Of a DNA stretch of 64,000 nt, positions 1-10,139 are shown one piece after another; position 1 is the first letter of the stretch, and each line of letters opens with the position of its first letter. The notes under the pieces are model-generated. The model saw only the letters and a list, made by a program, of their open reading frames with translations. It had not been told where the DNA came from and ran no database searches. The DNA comes from Gemmatimonadota bacterium (lineage in GTDB: Bacteria; Gemmatimonadota; Gemmatimonadetes; Palauibacterales; KS3-K002). The stretch covers positions 16,358 through 80,357 of the forward strand of contig JBDHJS010000003.1 of the NCBI GenBank assembly GCA_039586795.1, written 5' to 3'. The translations under genes were made by a program, and so were the position numbers.

Positions 1-650
1 AGGTTTCCCCAGCCGGGTCGATTCCAGTGATCGACTTTCGCCGCCGGCTCGAAGTAGACGCGGCCACCGGCCGTCCGTATGTCGGTTTGCCAACCGAGCT
101 CTTCATGAGCGTAGGCGAGGGGCTGTCTTTCATCGAAGCCACGGGTCTTCTCGAAGGCGGAACGGCGAACGCTCAGGTTGCAGGGTGGATGGCTCCAAAC
201 GGTTCCGGGGCGACGCCATGGGTGGACGTGATACCAGCCGCAGTAGTAGTCGCAGCGGGCAGAAGCGGAGAGGCCGCCAGGAAGGGCGAGTGAGCCGCCG
301 ACGCAGACTTCGCCATTCGAATGGGCGTCGATGATCGTCGTGAGCCAATCGGGATGCGGCGTGCAGTCCGCGTCGAGGAAGACGAGGAGCTCGCCGGTCG
401 CGTGTTCGGCGCCCCGATTGCGCGCCGCCGCGGGATTGCCGCCATCCTTAGAGGGCTTCAGATCGACTACGGACGCGCCGGCGTTACGGGCCGCTGCAGC
501 GGTGTCGTCGTCTGAGGCATCGTCGACGACGATGACCTCGAGCTCGACATCCGGTGGCCGCTGGTCGAGGACGGCTTCGACTATGCGGCGGATGAAGTCG
601 GCGGCGTTGCGGGCCGGTATGATGACCGATACGCGATTGGGGCGGTCCAT
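1..650 (-). CDS. Glycosyltransferase family 2 (partial; 3' end lies beyond the window start)
   Basis: Not in the ORF track because there is no in-window stop. My translation of the reverse complement from the ATG at 650 gives MDRPNRVSVIIPARNAADFIRRIVEAVLDQRPPDVELEVIVVDDASDDDTAAAARNAGASVVDL...LVFLDADC with no stop down to nt 1. This is the classic GT-A/GT2 N-terminus, including the DxD-type DAD motif. Confidence 0.75.
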   Translation of the reverse strand, partial: MDRPNRVSVIIPARNAADFIRRIVEAVLDQRPPDVELEVIVVDDASDDDTAAAARNAGASVVDLKPSKDGGNPAAARNRGAEHATGELLVFLDADCTPHPDWLTTIIDAHSNGEVCVGGSLALPGGLSASARCDYYCGWYHVHPWRRPGTVWSHPPCNLSVRRSAFEKTRGFDERQPLAYAHEELGWQTDIRTAGGRVYFEPAAKVDHWNRPGWGN

Positions 651-1132
651 GAATCCTTTGTTGGCGCGGGAGAGACTACGGCGGGTCGCTATAAGTATAC
701 AGCGGTGAGGCTGATATTCGTAGGTTTTGGAAACGGGGTGTGGTCGGGCGCGATTGGGGTCCTCGCTTCATATCGCGCTGGACGGGCAACCATCTTTCAC
801 GGGCTGTGGCGCTCCAAAGTCCGCTCGTGACCCCAATCGCGCCCTCCCGAAACCCCAGCGTGTCCGACAGAGGACCCAATCGTGCCCTCCCCAAACGGGG
901 TCTCGTACCGCCAGAGGGAACTATCTTGTTGCCAGGGTCCTCCTAGAGTCTGGACCCGGCCGCTGTTGTGACCCGCAACAGTTGAAGAACGTTAGGGTCG
1001 AGCGTGACGGGAACCCCAGAGCGGACTTTGGAGCGCCGCGGCCCGTCCGCGATGGATGCCCGGTGCCGCGCGATATGAAGCGCGGGGTTCCCGTCACGCT
1101 CGACCGCAGATGATCCAGCCAGACAACTCGCT

Positions 1133-2860
1133 CTATGACTCAAGCAGCGGCACGATCCGGAACTCGTTCACATCGACCAGACCGAGATCGGTGATCTTGA
1201 GCTGGGGGATCACGGCGAGAGCGAGGAACGACATGGTCATGAGCGGGTCGGGCAGCGTTCCGCCCAGCTGCTTCGACGCGGCGCCCATCGCTTCGACGCG
1301 ATCGCGCACGTCTTCCAACGGCAGGTCGGACATCAGCCCGGCGATGGGGAGCGGGACCGAGGCGAGGACTGCGCCGTCGGCGACGACCGCCTGGCCGCCA
1401 TCGGTTTCGGCAACGGCGCGGGCCGCGGCCAGCATATCATCATCGGTGGCGCCGACGACGACGATGTTGTGGTTGTCGTGCGCTACGGTGGAGGCGATGG
1501 CGCCGCGCTTCAGGCCGAAGCCGCGGACGAAGCCGACGCCGACGTTACCGGTTCCGCGGTGTCGTTCGATCACCGCGATCTTCAGAAGGTCGCGCTCGGG
1601 ATCGGTGACCGCGTTTCCGCCTTCGATCGTGAGTTCTTCGACGCTCTGATCGGTCACGATCTGGCCGGGGATCGCGTGAATGATTCTTGCTCTCGAATCG
1701 CCGTCCGCGGCGACCGCAAGTTCTGTCTTCGCCCAGTCGACCTGGACGCCGCTACCGGGCGGGGATGGCGGCGTCGGGCGGGCGCCTTTGTACTCGCCGT
1801 CTTCGGCGACGAGGGCGCCCTCGCTGAAGACCATGCGGGCGCGGAAGTCATCGAAGCCATCGAACACGACGAGGTCGGCGCGGTAGCCAGGCGCCACGGC
1901 GCCCAGGCCGGGCAAACCGAAGTAGCGGGCGGTGTTGATCGTCGCCATCTGGATGGCGGTCATGGGGTCGAGGTCTCTGTCGCGGGCCATTCGGATCAGT
2001 GCGTCGATGTGGCCCTCGTCGAGGAGGTCCTCGGGATGGCGATCGTCGGTGCAGAACGAGCAGCTGGCCGCGTTCTCCGGGGTCACCAGAGGCAGCAACG
2101 CATCGAGATTACGCGCCGTCGTCCCTTCGCGAATGAAGAGGTGCATGCCACGGCGGAGCTTCTCCCGTGCTTCATCGATCCCGGTACACTCGTGGTCGGA
2201 GCCGATGCCGGCGGCGACGTACGCATTGAGCAGCGCGCCGGACAGGCCGGGGGAGTGGCCGTCAACTGGTCGATCGCCGGCGGCCTCGATCTTGGCGAGC
2301 ACCTCGGGCACGCCGAGGAAGACGCCGGGGAAGTTCATGACCTCGGCCAGACCGATGACCCGGGGGTGCTCGAACAAGGGCTCGAGGTCCGATGCCGCTA
2401 GGCTGGCTCCGGAAGTTTCCATGTGAGTCGCCGGCACGCAGGACGAAGCCATGGCAAAGACACGGAGCGGCAGACCCTCGCTCGATTCGAGCATGTAGAG
2501 GATGCCGGGCACGCCGAGCACGTTGGCGATCTCGTGGGGATCGGTGACCACCGTGGTGGTGCCGCGGGGGATGATGGCGCGAGCGAACTCGGGCACGGTC
2601 ACCATACTCGACTCGATGTGGACGTGGGCATCGATCAGCCCGGGACATACGTGGGCGCCGCCGAGATCGATGGTCTCCGTCGCCTCATACTTGCCAAACC
2701 CGGCCACGCGGCCGCCGAAGACGGCGATGTCGGCATCGTGCACTTCGCCGGAGAAGACGTTGACGAGTCGCGCGTTCTCGAGCAGCAGGTCGGCCGGCGC
2801 ATCGCCGCGGGCGACCTCGATCAGCTTGCTTCTGGATTCGGAAGGGATCGATTCTCTCAT
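1133..2860 (-). CDS. ade: Adenine deaminase
   Basis: 575 aa. Metal-dependent amidohydrolase motifs (GLIDAHVHIESS, HxH) and the overall length and pattern are typical of adenine deaminase. Confidence 0.8.
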   Translation of the reverse strand: MRESIPSESRSKLIEVARGDAPADLLLENARLVNVFSGEVHDADIAVFGGRVAGFGKYEATETIDLGGAHVCPGLIDAHVHIESSMVTVPEFARAIIPRGTTTVVTDPHEIANVLGVPGILYMLESSEGLPLRVFAMASSCVPATHMETSGASLAASDLEPLFEHPRVIGLAEVMNFPGVFLGVPEVLAKIEAAGDRPVDGHSPGLSGALLNAYVAAGIGSDHECTGIDEAREKLRRGMHLFIREGTTARNLDALLPLVTPENAASCSFCTDDRHPEDLLDEGHIDALIRMARDRDLDPMTAIQMATINTARYFGLPGLGAVAPGYRADLVVFDGFDDFRARMVFSEGALVAEDGEYKGARPTPPSPPGSGVQVDWAKTELAVAADGDSRARIIHAIPGQIVTDQSVEELTIEGGNAVTDPERDLLKIAVIERHRGTGNVGVGFVRGFGLKRGAIASTVAHDNHNIVVVGATDDDMLAAARAVAETDGGQAVVADGAVLASVPLPIAGLMSDLPLEDVRDRVEAMGAASKQLGGTLPDPLMTMSFLALAVIPQLKITDLGLVDVNEFRIVPLLES

Positions 2861-2878
2861 CGCCGTGAAGATCTCGCG

Positions 2879-4162
2879 CTATGAAGTTTGTAGGTTCGAC
2901 GTGACATCTCGATCTGCATAGAGATCCAACTCGGGCTCTTCCGTGATCAAGCGAAACGCGTCGCGTATCTGCTCGTGACCGGTCTGCAACAGAAACGCCG
3001 AGTTCCGACCGTAGCTCTTCATCCCGAGAATGAAGAAGCCGGGTTCGGGGTTGAGCAGCACCTCGGGCCCGAAGCCGCCGAGCTGCAAACAGTCGCCACC
3101 GGCATCGGCCGAGGCGGCGAGGATCGATGCGGAAAGCTTCATCGGTCCGCGGCTGGCGTAGCACTCGTGCACCTGCAACTCTTTGTACAGCGAGCTGTCC
3201 GGCTCGTAACCGACGTTGGCGATGACGCGGTCGAACTCGGATGATCGCCGACCGGACGGCGTCTCGAGGACGACTTCGAAGTGGTGCAGGTCAGCAAGCC
3301 AGCGGACCGAGTGAACGGCGGAGCCCGGCAGCCACTCGCAGCCCGATGTGGAGTCGGCAGCGATGTGGTTAGCCGCCTCCGTCAGTTGAACGCGTCGCGC
3401 CAGGGGGTCGTCGGCGAGCGGCGCGATAGGAGTCGCGTCGGCGTTCCGCGTAACCCAGACGATTTGAGTACCGGGATCCTCGGCGGCGAGGCGGGCGAGG
3501 GCCACCACGGTGGTGGCGGCGGACAAACCGTCACCGACGAGGAGCGTGCGTCGTCCAGCGTAGCTGTCGCGCCGGACGCCCGCCACATCGATGGGGTGGT
3601 ATTCGATTGCGTCCCGGCTCTCTCGCTCGCCCAGCGCCGGCACACCGTCCACGCCCAGCCAGTTCGGATTCGCCCAGCTGCCCGAACAGTCGAGCATGAC
3701 ATCGGCTTCTTCGTAGCTTTCGTCGCCGTCGCGCTCGATGAGCAGTCTGAACGGTCGCCCAGCGCGAACGCCGTTGCCGATCGCCTCGCCTTTGAGCAGG
3801 CCGCTGCGGCCGATTGTGACGACGGATGCGCCAAGAACCAGGGCATCATCTGGAAGCGCGCGCTCGGCCAATGGCAACAGGTAAGTCTCTCGCCATTCGG
3901 CGCCGCTCTGAAACGCGTCGTCGCCGGGGAGCTCGTGGCCTGACTCCTCAAGCATCCGCCGACCCAGCGACGTGTGGTTCATTCCGAACGGGGTGAAGAG
4001 CTGGACGTGGCCCCACTCGCCGATGTGCCGGGCCACCGGGCCGCGCTCGTGGATGCGGACATCGGCGCCGAGCGCTGATGCATAGAGCGCGGCCTCGAGC
4101 CCGATGGGCCCAGCACCGACTATCGCGATGCGTTTGCCAGCCAGCTTTGGACTGCTCGTCAT
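2879..4162 (-). CDS. FAD/NAD(P)-binding oxidoreductase (flavin monooxygenase or pyridine nucleotide-disulfide oxidoreductase-like)
   Basis: N-terminal Rossmann dinucleotide motif IAIVGAGPIGLEAAL, with a second GxGxxG-like motif (LLVGDGLSAAT) further on. Its stop is 19 nt upstream of the ade start, so it likely sits in one operon with the M28 peptidase and ade. Confidence 0.6.
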   Translation of the reverse strand: MTSSPKLAGKRIAIVGAGPIGLEAALYASALGADVRIHERGPVARHIGEWGHVQLFTPFGMNHTSLGRRMLEESGHELPGDDAFQSGAEWRETYLLPLAERALPDDALVLGASVVTIGRSGLLKGEAIGNGVRAGRPFRLLIERDGDESYEEADVMLDCSGSWANPNWLGVDGVPALGERESRDAIEYHPIDVAGVRRDSYAGRRTLLVGDGLSAATTVVALARLAAEDPGTQIVWVTRNADATPIAPLADDPLARRVQLTEAANHIAADSTSGCEWLPGSAVHSVRWLADLHHFEVVLETPSGRRSSEFDRVIANVGYEPDSSLYKELQVHECYASRGPMKLSASILAASADAGGDCLQLGGFGPEVLLNPEPGFFILGMKSYGRNSAFLLQTGHEQIRDAFRLITEEPELDLYADRDVTSNLQTS

Positions 4163-4188
4163 CCAGTAGTCACTTCCAAACGACTTCT

Positions 4189-6282
4189 CTACTGCAAGCG
4201 GATCAGATTTGCCGCCGCAACGTTCTCCAGGTACTGGAGCACCGCTTCAGCGGTCACCGTCCCGTAGTAATGGGCGCCCGCTTCGCGGGCTTCCGCCGCC
4301 ACGTACCGATAGATATCGAGTCCGGTCCGCTCGCCGTTCACCGAGTTGAGGATCTCGAACGACATGAGCCCGTGCAATCCGCGCACGCCCCGGATGTTGC
4401 GTCGACCCTCCAGGAACTCTGCCGGCCCACCGGTGAGCACTGGCGTGTATCCACTCAAACGTCGTTCGGCTTCCGAGAGTTGCCGCTCCGGGAGGCTGCT
4501 GTTCCCGGTCGTGCGCTGGTAGGCGTTTTGCACGGCAGCCAACGAAAGCCGCTGCCACCGGACGAGCTCGCCGAGTAATGGGTCGACCAGTTCGTCACCG
4601 CTGTGATCGATCTCGGCCAGCGACATGATGGCCAGGCGCTCGCGGTTGGCCGCGAAGCGCACTTGATCCATCGCCATATGGAACGCCGCCGCCTTGTCGT
4701 CGGAGCCGGCAATCCAAGTCAGACCGAGCCGTAGATTGCGGCCGAGGCGCTCTTGCCCACGCCCGACGGTCTCGGCGGCGAGGACGTCGACCGAGCGGGC
4801 GTTGGCGCTGGCCATCGTGTAGGCCATGAGCGCGACGGAGGCCGCGTTACGACCCAGCTGGGTGCGGTCAATGTTCCAGAGCTGGTCATCGCTGGAGTGG
4901 ATGTAGTTGTCGGGCCAGTTGGTGAACGTGCTGCCGGGCACACCGATCGGCGTCTCGTTGAACGTCATGTGGTCGGTGTTGTTGTGGAAGAAGATGGTCT
5001 TGGCGTTGTAGCGATGGCGCGTACCGAGGCGCGAAAGGTGCGGCTCGGGGTAGAACCCGGCGCCGGCCTGCAGCTGGGCAAGCTCTGAGCTGTTGCCCGC
5101 CACCATATACTCGATGACCGCTTCGACCACATCGTTGAAGAAATGGAAGCGAGCCGCCGGTAGCCGGGTGATGTTCTGCATGCGCATCACATCTTGCGCC
5201 TGGTTGGCGCCGACCATGTCCTGGTTGACGTTGACCCACATCACCTTGTGCGCTTCGGGGTTGTCCGCGAAGTACTGGCGCTGGCTGGAGATCTCGGTGA
5301 CCCACCAGAAGCGGATGTTGCGCTGCGGCCTGGGCAAGCGTCCCTCTTCGATGAGCCGGTTGAGGGCCCGGGCGATTTCCAACACACTGGCGCAGCCGCT
5401 GGCATCGTCGTTGGCGGAGGTCGCTTCCTCCTGCATATGCCCGGTGAGCATGATGTCCTGCCCGCCGTTCGGGTCGGTGCCACGGATGTAGCCCTCCACC
5501 ATCACCTGCCACGGCTCTTCACCCTGGACCGAGCTGAACTCGGACTCGACGACGGCGTGCACGACGATCGGCTCTTCGGACGCCGCGATCTGGTTGCTGA
5601 GCGCCAGGCCCTGCCGCAGGGTCAGGTTGAAGCCGAAGGTCGGCTCGTAATCGTTCGAGCTTGTGGGCACGCGAGCCCAGCGCAGCTGATCGGGAAAGGC
5701 GCTCTGGCCGCCGAACGGGCTGGGATACCAGATCACACCCAAGGCGCCGCCGTCGCCAACGGCGCGACGCATCACGCTGGAGAGTGAGCCGTAGGTCAGT
5801 ACGACCTTGCCGCGGACGTCAACGTCGGCGAGGTCTTCCGCTGTCCCGGCACCCACATCGACCAACTCGCCCCTCACATCGGTGGGCCGACTGTAGTCCG
5901 CGAGGTGCAGCGGCGATTGGAGCGTGCTGGCCAGGCGCTCCGCCTCAGGCTCGACGATCCACAGATCGGCGAACGTGGCGTTCCATGGCGTTGTCGAGTA
6001 GTCCTGCTTAATCAGCTTCACGTCGACCAGACCGTACTCGCGCGCCTTGCTCTCGAAGTACTCGGCGACCTTCCAGAGCCCGTTGGCGCCACCGCGCGGT
6101 CGGTGGAAGTGGGTCTGGTAGCGGATGTGCTCGTACGCGGCATCGCCCGAGACTTCCTGAAGGATGAGTCGTGTGTAGTCCGGGTCGAGGACGGGCAGGT
6201 CCTGTGCAGCGGCCGGCTGCGGGGCCGTCAGCAGGACGAGCACGGCGATGGTCGCGAGCGCGAAGGCAAGTCGCCTGGCCAT
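4189..6282 (-). CDS. Secreted M28 family metallopeptidase, likely with a PA domain (aminopeptidase-like)
   Basis: Cleavable signal peptide (MARRLAFALATIAVLVLLTAPQPAAAQ). The 697-aa size and motifs such as GTDPNGGQDIMLTGHMQEEATSANDDASGCASVLEIARAL match the M28 zinc-binding HxD...D...E region. Confidence 0.6.
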   Translation of the reverse strand: MARRLAFALATIAVLVLLTAPQPAAAQDLPVLDPDYTRLILQEVSGDAAYEHIRYQTHFHRPRGGANGLWKVAEYFESKAREYGLVDVKLIKQDYSTTPWNATFADLWIVEPEAERLASTLQSPLHLADYSRPTDVRGELVDVGAGTAEDLADVDVRGKVVLTYGSLSSVMRRAVGDGGALGVIWYPSPFGGQSAFPDQLRWARVPTSSNDYEPTFGFNLTLRQGLALSNQIAASEEPIVVHAVVESEFSSVQGEEPWQVMVEGYIRGTDPNGGQDIMLTGHMQEEATSANDDASGCASVLEIARALNRLIEEGRLPRPQRNIRFWWVTEISSQRQYFADNPEAHKVMWVNVNQDMVGANQAQDVMRMQNITRLPAARFHFFNDVVEAVIEYMVAGNSSELAQLQAGAGFYPEPHLSRLGTRHRYNAKTIFFHNNTDHMTFNETPIGVPGSTFTNWPDNYIHSSDDQLWNIDRTQLGRNAASVALMAYTMASANARSVDVLAAETVGRGQERLGRNLRLGLTWIAGSDDKAAAFHMAMDQVRFAANRERLAIMSLAEIDHSGDELVDPLLGELVRWQRLSLAAVQNAYQRTTGNSSLPERQLSEAERRLSGYTPVLTGGPAEFLEGRRNIRGVRGLHGLMSFEILNSVNGERTGLDIYRYVAAEAREAGAHYYGTVTAEAVLQYLENVAAANLIRLQ

Positions 6283-6516
6283 AATGCGGTCTCCCAGTTA
6301 CGAAGTGGTCTTGGTCGGGGATGGGACGAAGATAGGCGTTGGAGAGTAATACTCAATATCTAACACCTAATCCCCAACTCTCAGGGTTGGCACAACCGAG
6401 CACACCTGAACGTTGAGGATTGAGGATTAGGTGTTGAGGATTATATGAGCAGCGTGAAACTACCGTGCCGTTGGCCGTGTAGTGTATTTCAGTAGTGACA
6501 ATAAAGAGGGGACACC

Positions 6517-7548
6517 ATGAGCGACGGGATTGAGCTCCGCCCACTGGCATCCGGCACGGGTCCAAGGAAATCGGCGGACGGTGACGCCACAATAGATGAG
6601 ACGAAGATACTCGACGCTTACAGCCAGGCCGTCATCGATGTAGCCGAGCGGCTGCGCCCGGCGGTGGTGAACGTCTCGATCTGGGGTCTTCAGCGCAGTC
6701 CTTGGGAAGACCCGCCGAGCGGCAATGGGTCGGGGATCATCATGGCGCCGGACGGCCTGATCGCCACGAATCACCACGTGGTGGAGAGCTCGCGACGGGT
6801 CGAGATCACGTTGAGCAACGGCGAGGAGACCGAGGCGGAGGTGCTGGGCACGGACGCGGCCAGCGACCTGGCGGTTCTGCGAGCCAACACCGGCGGATTG
6901 ACGGCCGCCGAGTTCGGCGACGCCTCGCAGCTGCGGGTCGGCCAACTGGTGCTAGCCATCGGCAGCCCGTACGGATACAACTCCACGGTCACGGCCGGCG
7001 TGGTCTCGGCATTGGGCCGGTCGATGCGCGCGGCGGCGGGCCGGCTGATCGATAACGTCATCCAGACCGACGCGGCCATCAATCCCGGGAACTCGGGCGG
7101 CCCGCTGGTCACCAGTCAGGGTCTGGTGGTAGGTATCAATACCGCGGCTATCGGCCGGGGCGCCGGCATCGGTTTTTCGATCCCGGTCAACGAGATGACG
7201 CGGCGCGTGCTGTCGGCGCTGATCACACACGGCATCTACAAGCGCGCCTATCTGGGCATCGCGGGTCGCGAGCGACCGCTCTACGCGCGGGAGGCGCGTC
7301 GCTTGAGCCGCGAACAGGAAATGGGTGTCGAGGTAGCGGAGGTCGAACCTGGCGGTCCCGCGGCGGTTGCCGGCCTGCGTCGCGGCGACGTGATCGTAGG
7401 TCTCGATGATCTCATCATCGCGGGTATGGCCGATCTACAGGAGTCGCTCGCGCCCGAGCGAATCGATAAGTTCGTATCGATCGAGCTGGTTCGAGGTGAC
7501 CAGCGACAGGAGATGGCAATTCAGTTGGGAGAATGGCCCGCGCGTTGA
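6517..7548 (+). CDS. Trypsin-like serine protease with C-terminal PDZ domain (HtrA/DegP family, S1C)
   Basis: His region ATNHHVV, Asp region DLAVL and Ser motif GNSGGPLV. The C-terminal portion has a PDZ-like segment (GVEVAEVEPGGPAAVAGLRRGDVIVGLDD). Confidence 0.8.
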   Translation: MSDGIELRPLASGTGPRKSADGDATIDETKILDAYSQAVIDVAERLRPAVVNVSIWGLQRSPWEDPPSGNGSGIIMAPDGLIATNHHVVESSRRVEITLSNGEETEAEVLGTDAASDLAVLRANTGGLTAAEFGDASQLRVGQLVLAIGSPYGYNSTVTAGVVSALGRSMRAAAGRLIDNVIQTDAAINPGNSGGPLVTSQGLVVGINTAAIGRGAGIGFSIPVNEMTRRVLSALITHGIYKRAYLGIAGRERPLYAREARRLSREQEMGVEVAEVEPGGPAAVAGLRRGDVIVGLDDLIIAGMADLQESLAPERIDKFVSIELVRGDQRQEMAIQLGEWPAR

Positions 7549-8486
7549 GACCGCCCGCGACGCTGACAGCTTTGCTATTCATCGCCTTTCCCACCACCGC
7601 TACGCCGCAAAACGGAGGCAGCGGAGGTTCGTCCGTCTATACTTATCGGCCGGAGCCGATAAAGCTCGCCGAGATCGGCGTGCCCATCCATCCGGCAGTC
7701 GCGCCATCGCCGGACGGCCGCTTCTTCGCCGTACTACAGACTCGACCCAACCCGGTGCTGTGGATCGTCCCGGCCGACGGCGGCGCGCCGTTCGCCTACC
7801 GTGAGATGTGGGCGGCGTACAACCCGCGTTGGGCGCCATCGGGAAACCGCATCGGCTTTGTCGCGGGGATCGGACCGCCACGGGTCTGGACGATCGAGGT
7901 GGACCCCGAAAGCGGACGACCGGTCGACCCGCCCCGCTTACTATATAGAGCGGAAGTCAACGCCTACGCGTTCGCGCCGGATGGCGAGCGGGTGGCGTTC
8001 GTGCCGCGCAGGACGACGGCGGCGGGCGCGAGCGAGATCCATATCATCGAGTGGGAGAGTCGACGCGTCAGGTTTCTGCTTCGAGAAAGCGGACTCATCT
8101 ATAGGCTCGACTGGTCGCCGGACGGCAAGTTTGTCTACTACGGACTAGCGGCCGACGATCCGGATGTCGCATCCCATAGCGTTGTGCGGGCCAGCGTGCG
8201 CGGCGCTTCGAAAAGGACCGTGGCGGAGACCGGAGAGTTTCTTGGGCTCTCGACGGACGGGCTGTGGCTGCTGAATCGGCCCCGGGACTTCGAGGCGATC
8301 CGTGCCAACGCGCTGCAGATCACGACGACGGGCGGCGCGCCGGTGCTCCGCGTTTCAGTGCCCCGGGGCTTGGCGCCGACCTGGGGGGCGACCTCCAACG
8401 CGCTGGTCCAGGTGCGCTCGAACACATCGGGCGACGAGATCATCGCGATCCCGTCGCCCGTTCGCTGGCCGATTGTTCGCTGGTAG
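7533..8486 (+). CDS. TolB-like beta-propeller repeat protein (secreted)
   Basis: N-terminal signal peptide. Repeated PDG/SPDG blades (PDGRFFAV, PSGNRIGFV, PDGERVAFV, WSPDGKFVYY) are typical of TolB/WD40-like propellers. Confidence 0.6.
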   Translation: MARALRPPATLTALLFIAFPTTATPQNGGSGGSSVYTYRPEPIKLAEIGVPIHPAVAPSPDGRFFAVLQTRPNPVLWIVPADGGAPFAYREMWAAYNPRWAPSGNRIGFVAGIGPPRVWTIEVDPESGRPVDPPRLLYRAEVNAYAFAPDGERVAFVPRRTTAAGASEIHIIEWESRRVRFLLRESGLIYRLDWSPDGKFVYYGLAADDPDVASHSVVRASVRGASKRTVAETGEFLGLSTDGLWLLNRPRDFEAIRANALQITTTGGAPVLRVSVPRGLAPTWGATSNALVQVRSNTSGDEIIAIPSPVRWPIVRW

Positions 8487-8489
8487 CGG

Positions 8490-9938
8490 CTACTGGCGAC
8501 TGCAATTCACGCCGCCGCGGCCGCGGCTTCGCCAAGCGCCCTGCAATCCGTCTTCGCCGATCTCAGTGAATCTCAGCTCCATCAGGTTGGCCCCGCCGTC
8601 CACAGTGACGAAGCGCGTCTGATCAGAGCTACTCGCGGCGTAGATCACGCGGTCGACGGTGTCGTTGTTCCAGAACAGGCGACCCCAGTAGTTCGTCGGT
8701 GAGCCGCGAAGACTGAGCGTCGCTCTTGCCACCTCTTCCATTCCTGCTACGGCGACGCACTCGTAGTCACCCGTGATGTCGGGGCCGGTGCCGGCCGAGG
8801 CCACAGCATCCGGGTTAAGGAACGCCTCGGTGATCAACGCCACGATGAGGCCGCCGGTGGGAGCCTGCGACATGTTGCCGACGATGGCGACAGCCGCTTG
8901 CTGTTGCGGTCGAGTTTGGAAGCCCGTGGTGCCGCCGACGGACCCGCCACCGTGACCGGCTTGAGTGACTACTCCGTCATCTACGGCCACCGCCCAACCG
9001 ATCCCGTATCCGGTCGACTGTCCAGCGTTGGTCGACTGGGGCGTCCACATCTCCGCGATCGTCTCGGAAGCGAGTAGATCTTCGCCGAAATGAGCGAAGC
9101 CGAACCGAACCAGGTCGGACGGTGTCGAGATGAACCCGCCGCCCGCCCATTTGTAACTGTTGTCGACGTACGGTGCGTTGAGGACCATGCCGTCGTCGGC
9201 CCGTTCATAAAAACGCGTGCGGTGCGGGATGATGCTATCGGTATAGTCGGCCGCTGTCTGAGTCATCCCGATGGGGTCGAACACGTTCTTCTGCATGTAG
9301 GAAAGGAATTCCTCACCGGACGCGCCCTCGATCACGGCGCTGATCAGGTTCCAACCGTAGCTCGAGTAAGAGAAGCGTTCGCCGGGCTGGAACAACAAAG
9401 TGTCGTCCTCGAAGATCGTCAGACCCTCTAGCACGGTCTCGTACCGCTTGGCGCTCAGGAACTCGGCCGAGCCAGCGTAGTGTCGGATGCCGGCGAGGTG
9501 ACCGGCCACCTGCCGCGTGGTGATGGGCCAGCGCTTCTCGGGAAACGAGGGCACGTAGGTCTGGATGGGCGCGTCGAGGTCGAGCTTGCCCTGCTCCACC
9601 AGCAATCCGACGGCGGCGGCGGTCAACGGCTTGGAGACGCTTCCGATGCGGAACTTCGTCTCCGCCCAGACCGGGACCTTGTTTTCCACGTCCGCCCAGC
9701 CGAAGCCTTCCGCCCAAACGATGCGACCGTCGATACCCACAGCGACGGACATGCCCGGGGTCCCACTCTCTTCCATGACCGCGTTCACCAGATCGCGGGC
9801 GAACTCGATCGCAGCGGCGTAGCGGGTCGATGTTTGTGCTCTGGCAAGGGTGCCCTGGGCGTAGAGAGAGATGGGGGATAGAACGATCAGGATCAGCGCG
9901 AAGGTCAGCGCGGACGCGCCTGATTTCTTCCGATTCAC
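8490..9938 (-). CDS. Serine hydrolase, beta-lactamase/transpeptidase-like family (class C beta-lactamase or esterase fold)
   Basis: Signal peptide plus the S-x-x-K active-site motif (GSVSKPLTAAAV). At 482 aa it has an extra C-terminal domain. Confidence 0.7.
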   Translation of the reverse strand: MNRKKSGASALTFALILIVLSPISLYAQGTLARAQTSTRYAAAIEFARDLVNAVMEESGTPGMSVAVGIDGRIVWAEGFGWADVENKVPVWAETKFRIGSVSKPLTAAAVGLLVEQGKLDLDAPIQTYVPSFPEKRWPITTRQVAGHLAGIRHYAGSAEFLSAKRYETVLEGLTIFEDDTLLFQPGERFSYSSYGWNLISAVIEGASGEEFLSYMQKNVFDPIGMTQTAADYTDSIIPHRTRFYERADDGMVLNAPYVDNSYKWAGGGFISTPSDLVRFGFAHFGEDLLASETIAEMWTPQSTNAGQSTGYGIGWAVAVDDGVVTQAGHGGGSVGGTTGFQTRPQQQAAVAIVGNMSQAPTGGLIVALITEAFLNPDAVASAGTGPDITGDYECVAVAGMEEVARATLSLRGSPTNYWGRLFWNNDTVDRVIYAASSSDQTRFVTVDGGANLMELRFTEIGEDGLQGAWRSRGRGGVNCSRQ

Positions 9939-10139
9939 GATGAAAACCTCCGGTTCGCGTGTATTTATGAAGGAACCATGACAATTCTTTTGGCGTGCAT
10001 GAGGTGGGGCCGAGGCTTTCTTGTCTTAGACGTTTGAGGACAAGTTAGGGTTTCAAGATACATCTGCCACATCGGTACTTTCGACCCGGCTACGCCGGCC
10101 CCATAATCAGGGCGACTCAACCAGACCGGGAGGCCCCGC

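Noticed and set aside
1469-2401. 310-aa + strand ORF inside the adenine deaminase gene. Similar long antisense or alternate-frame ORFs include 3281..3943, 5194..5787, 34452..35684 and 52471..53166.
   Set aside because: They lie entirely within well-supported genes on the opposite strand or in another frame. Their translations are Arg/Ala/Pro-rich and low-complexity, typical shadow ORFs in high-GC DNA.
6283-6516. Lower-GC patch, considered as a remnant of an insertion sequence or a small RNA gene.
   Set aside because: No terminal inverted repeats flank a transposase ORF, and there is no coding capacity. It is better explained as a divergent promoter or operator region (reported as a finding instead).
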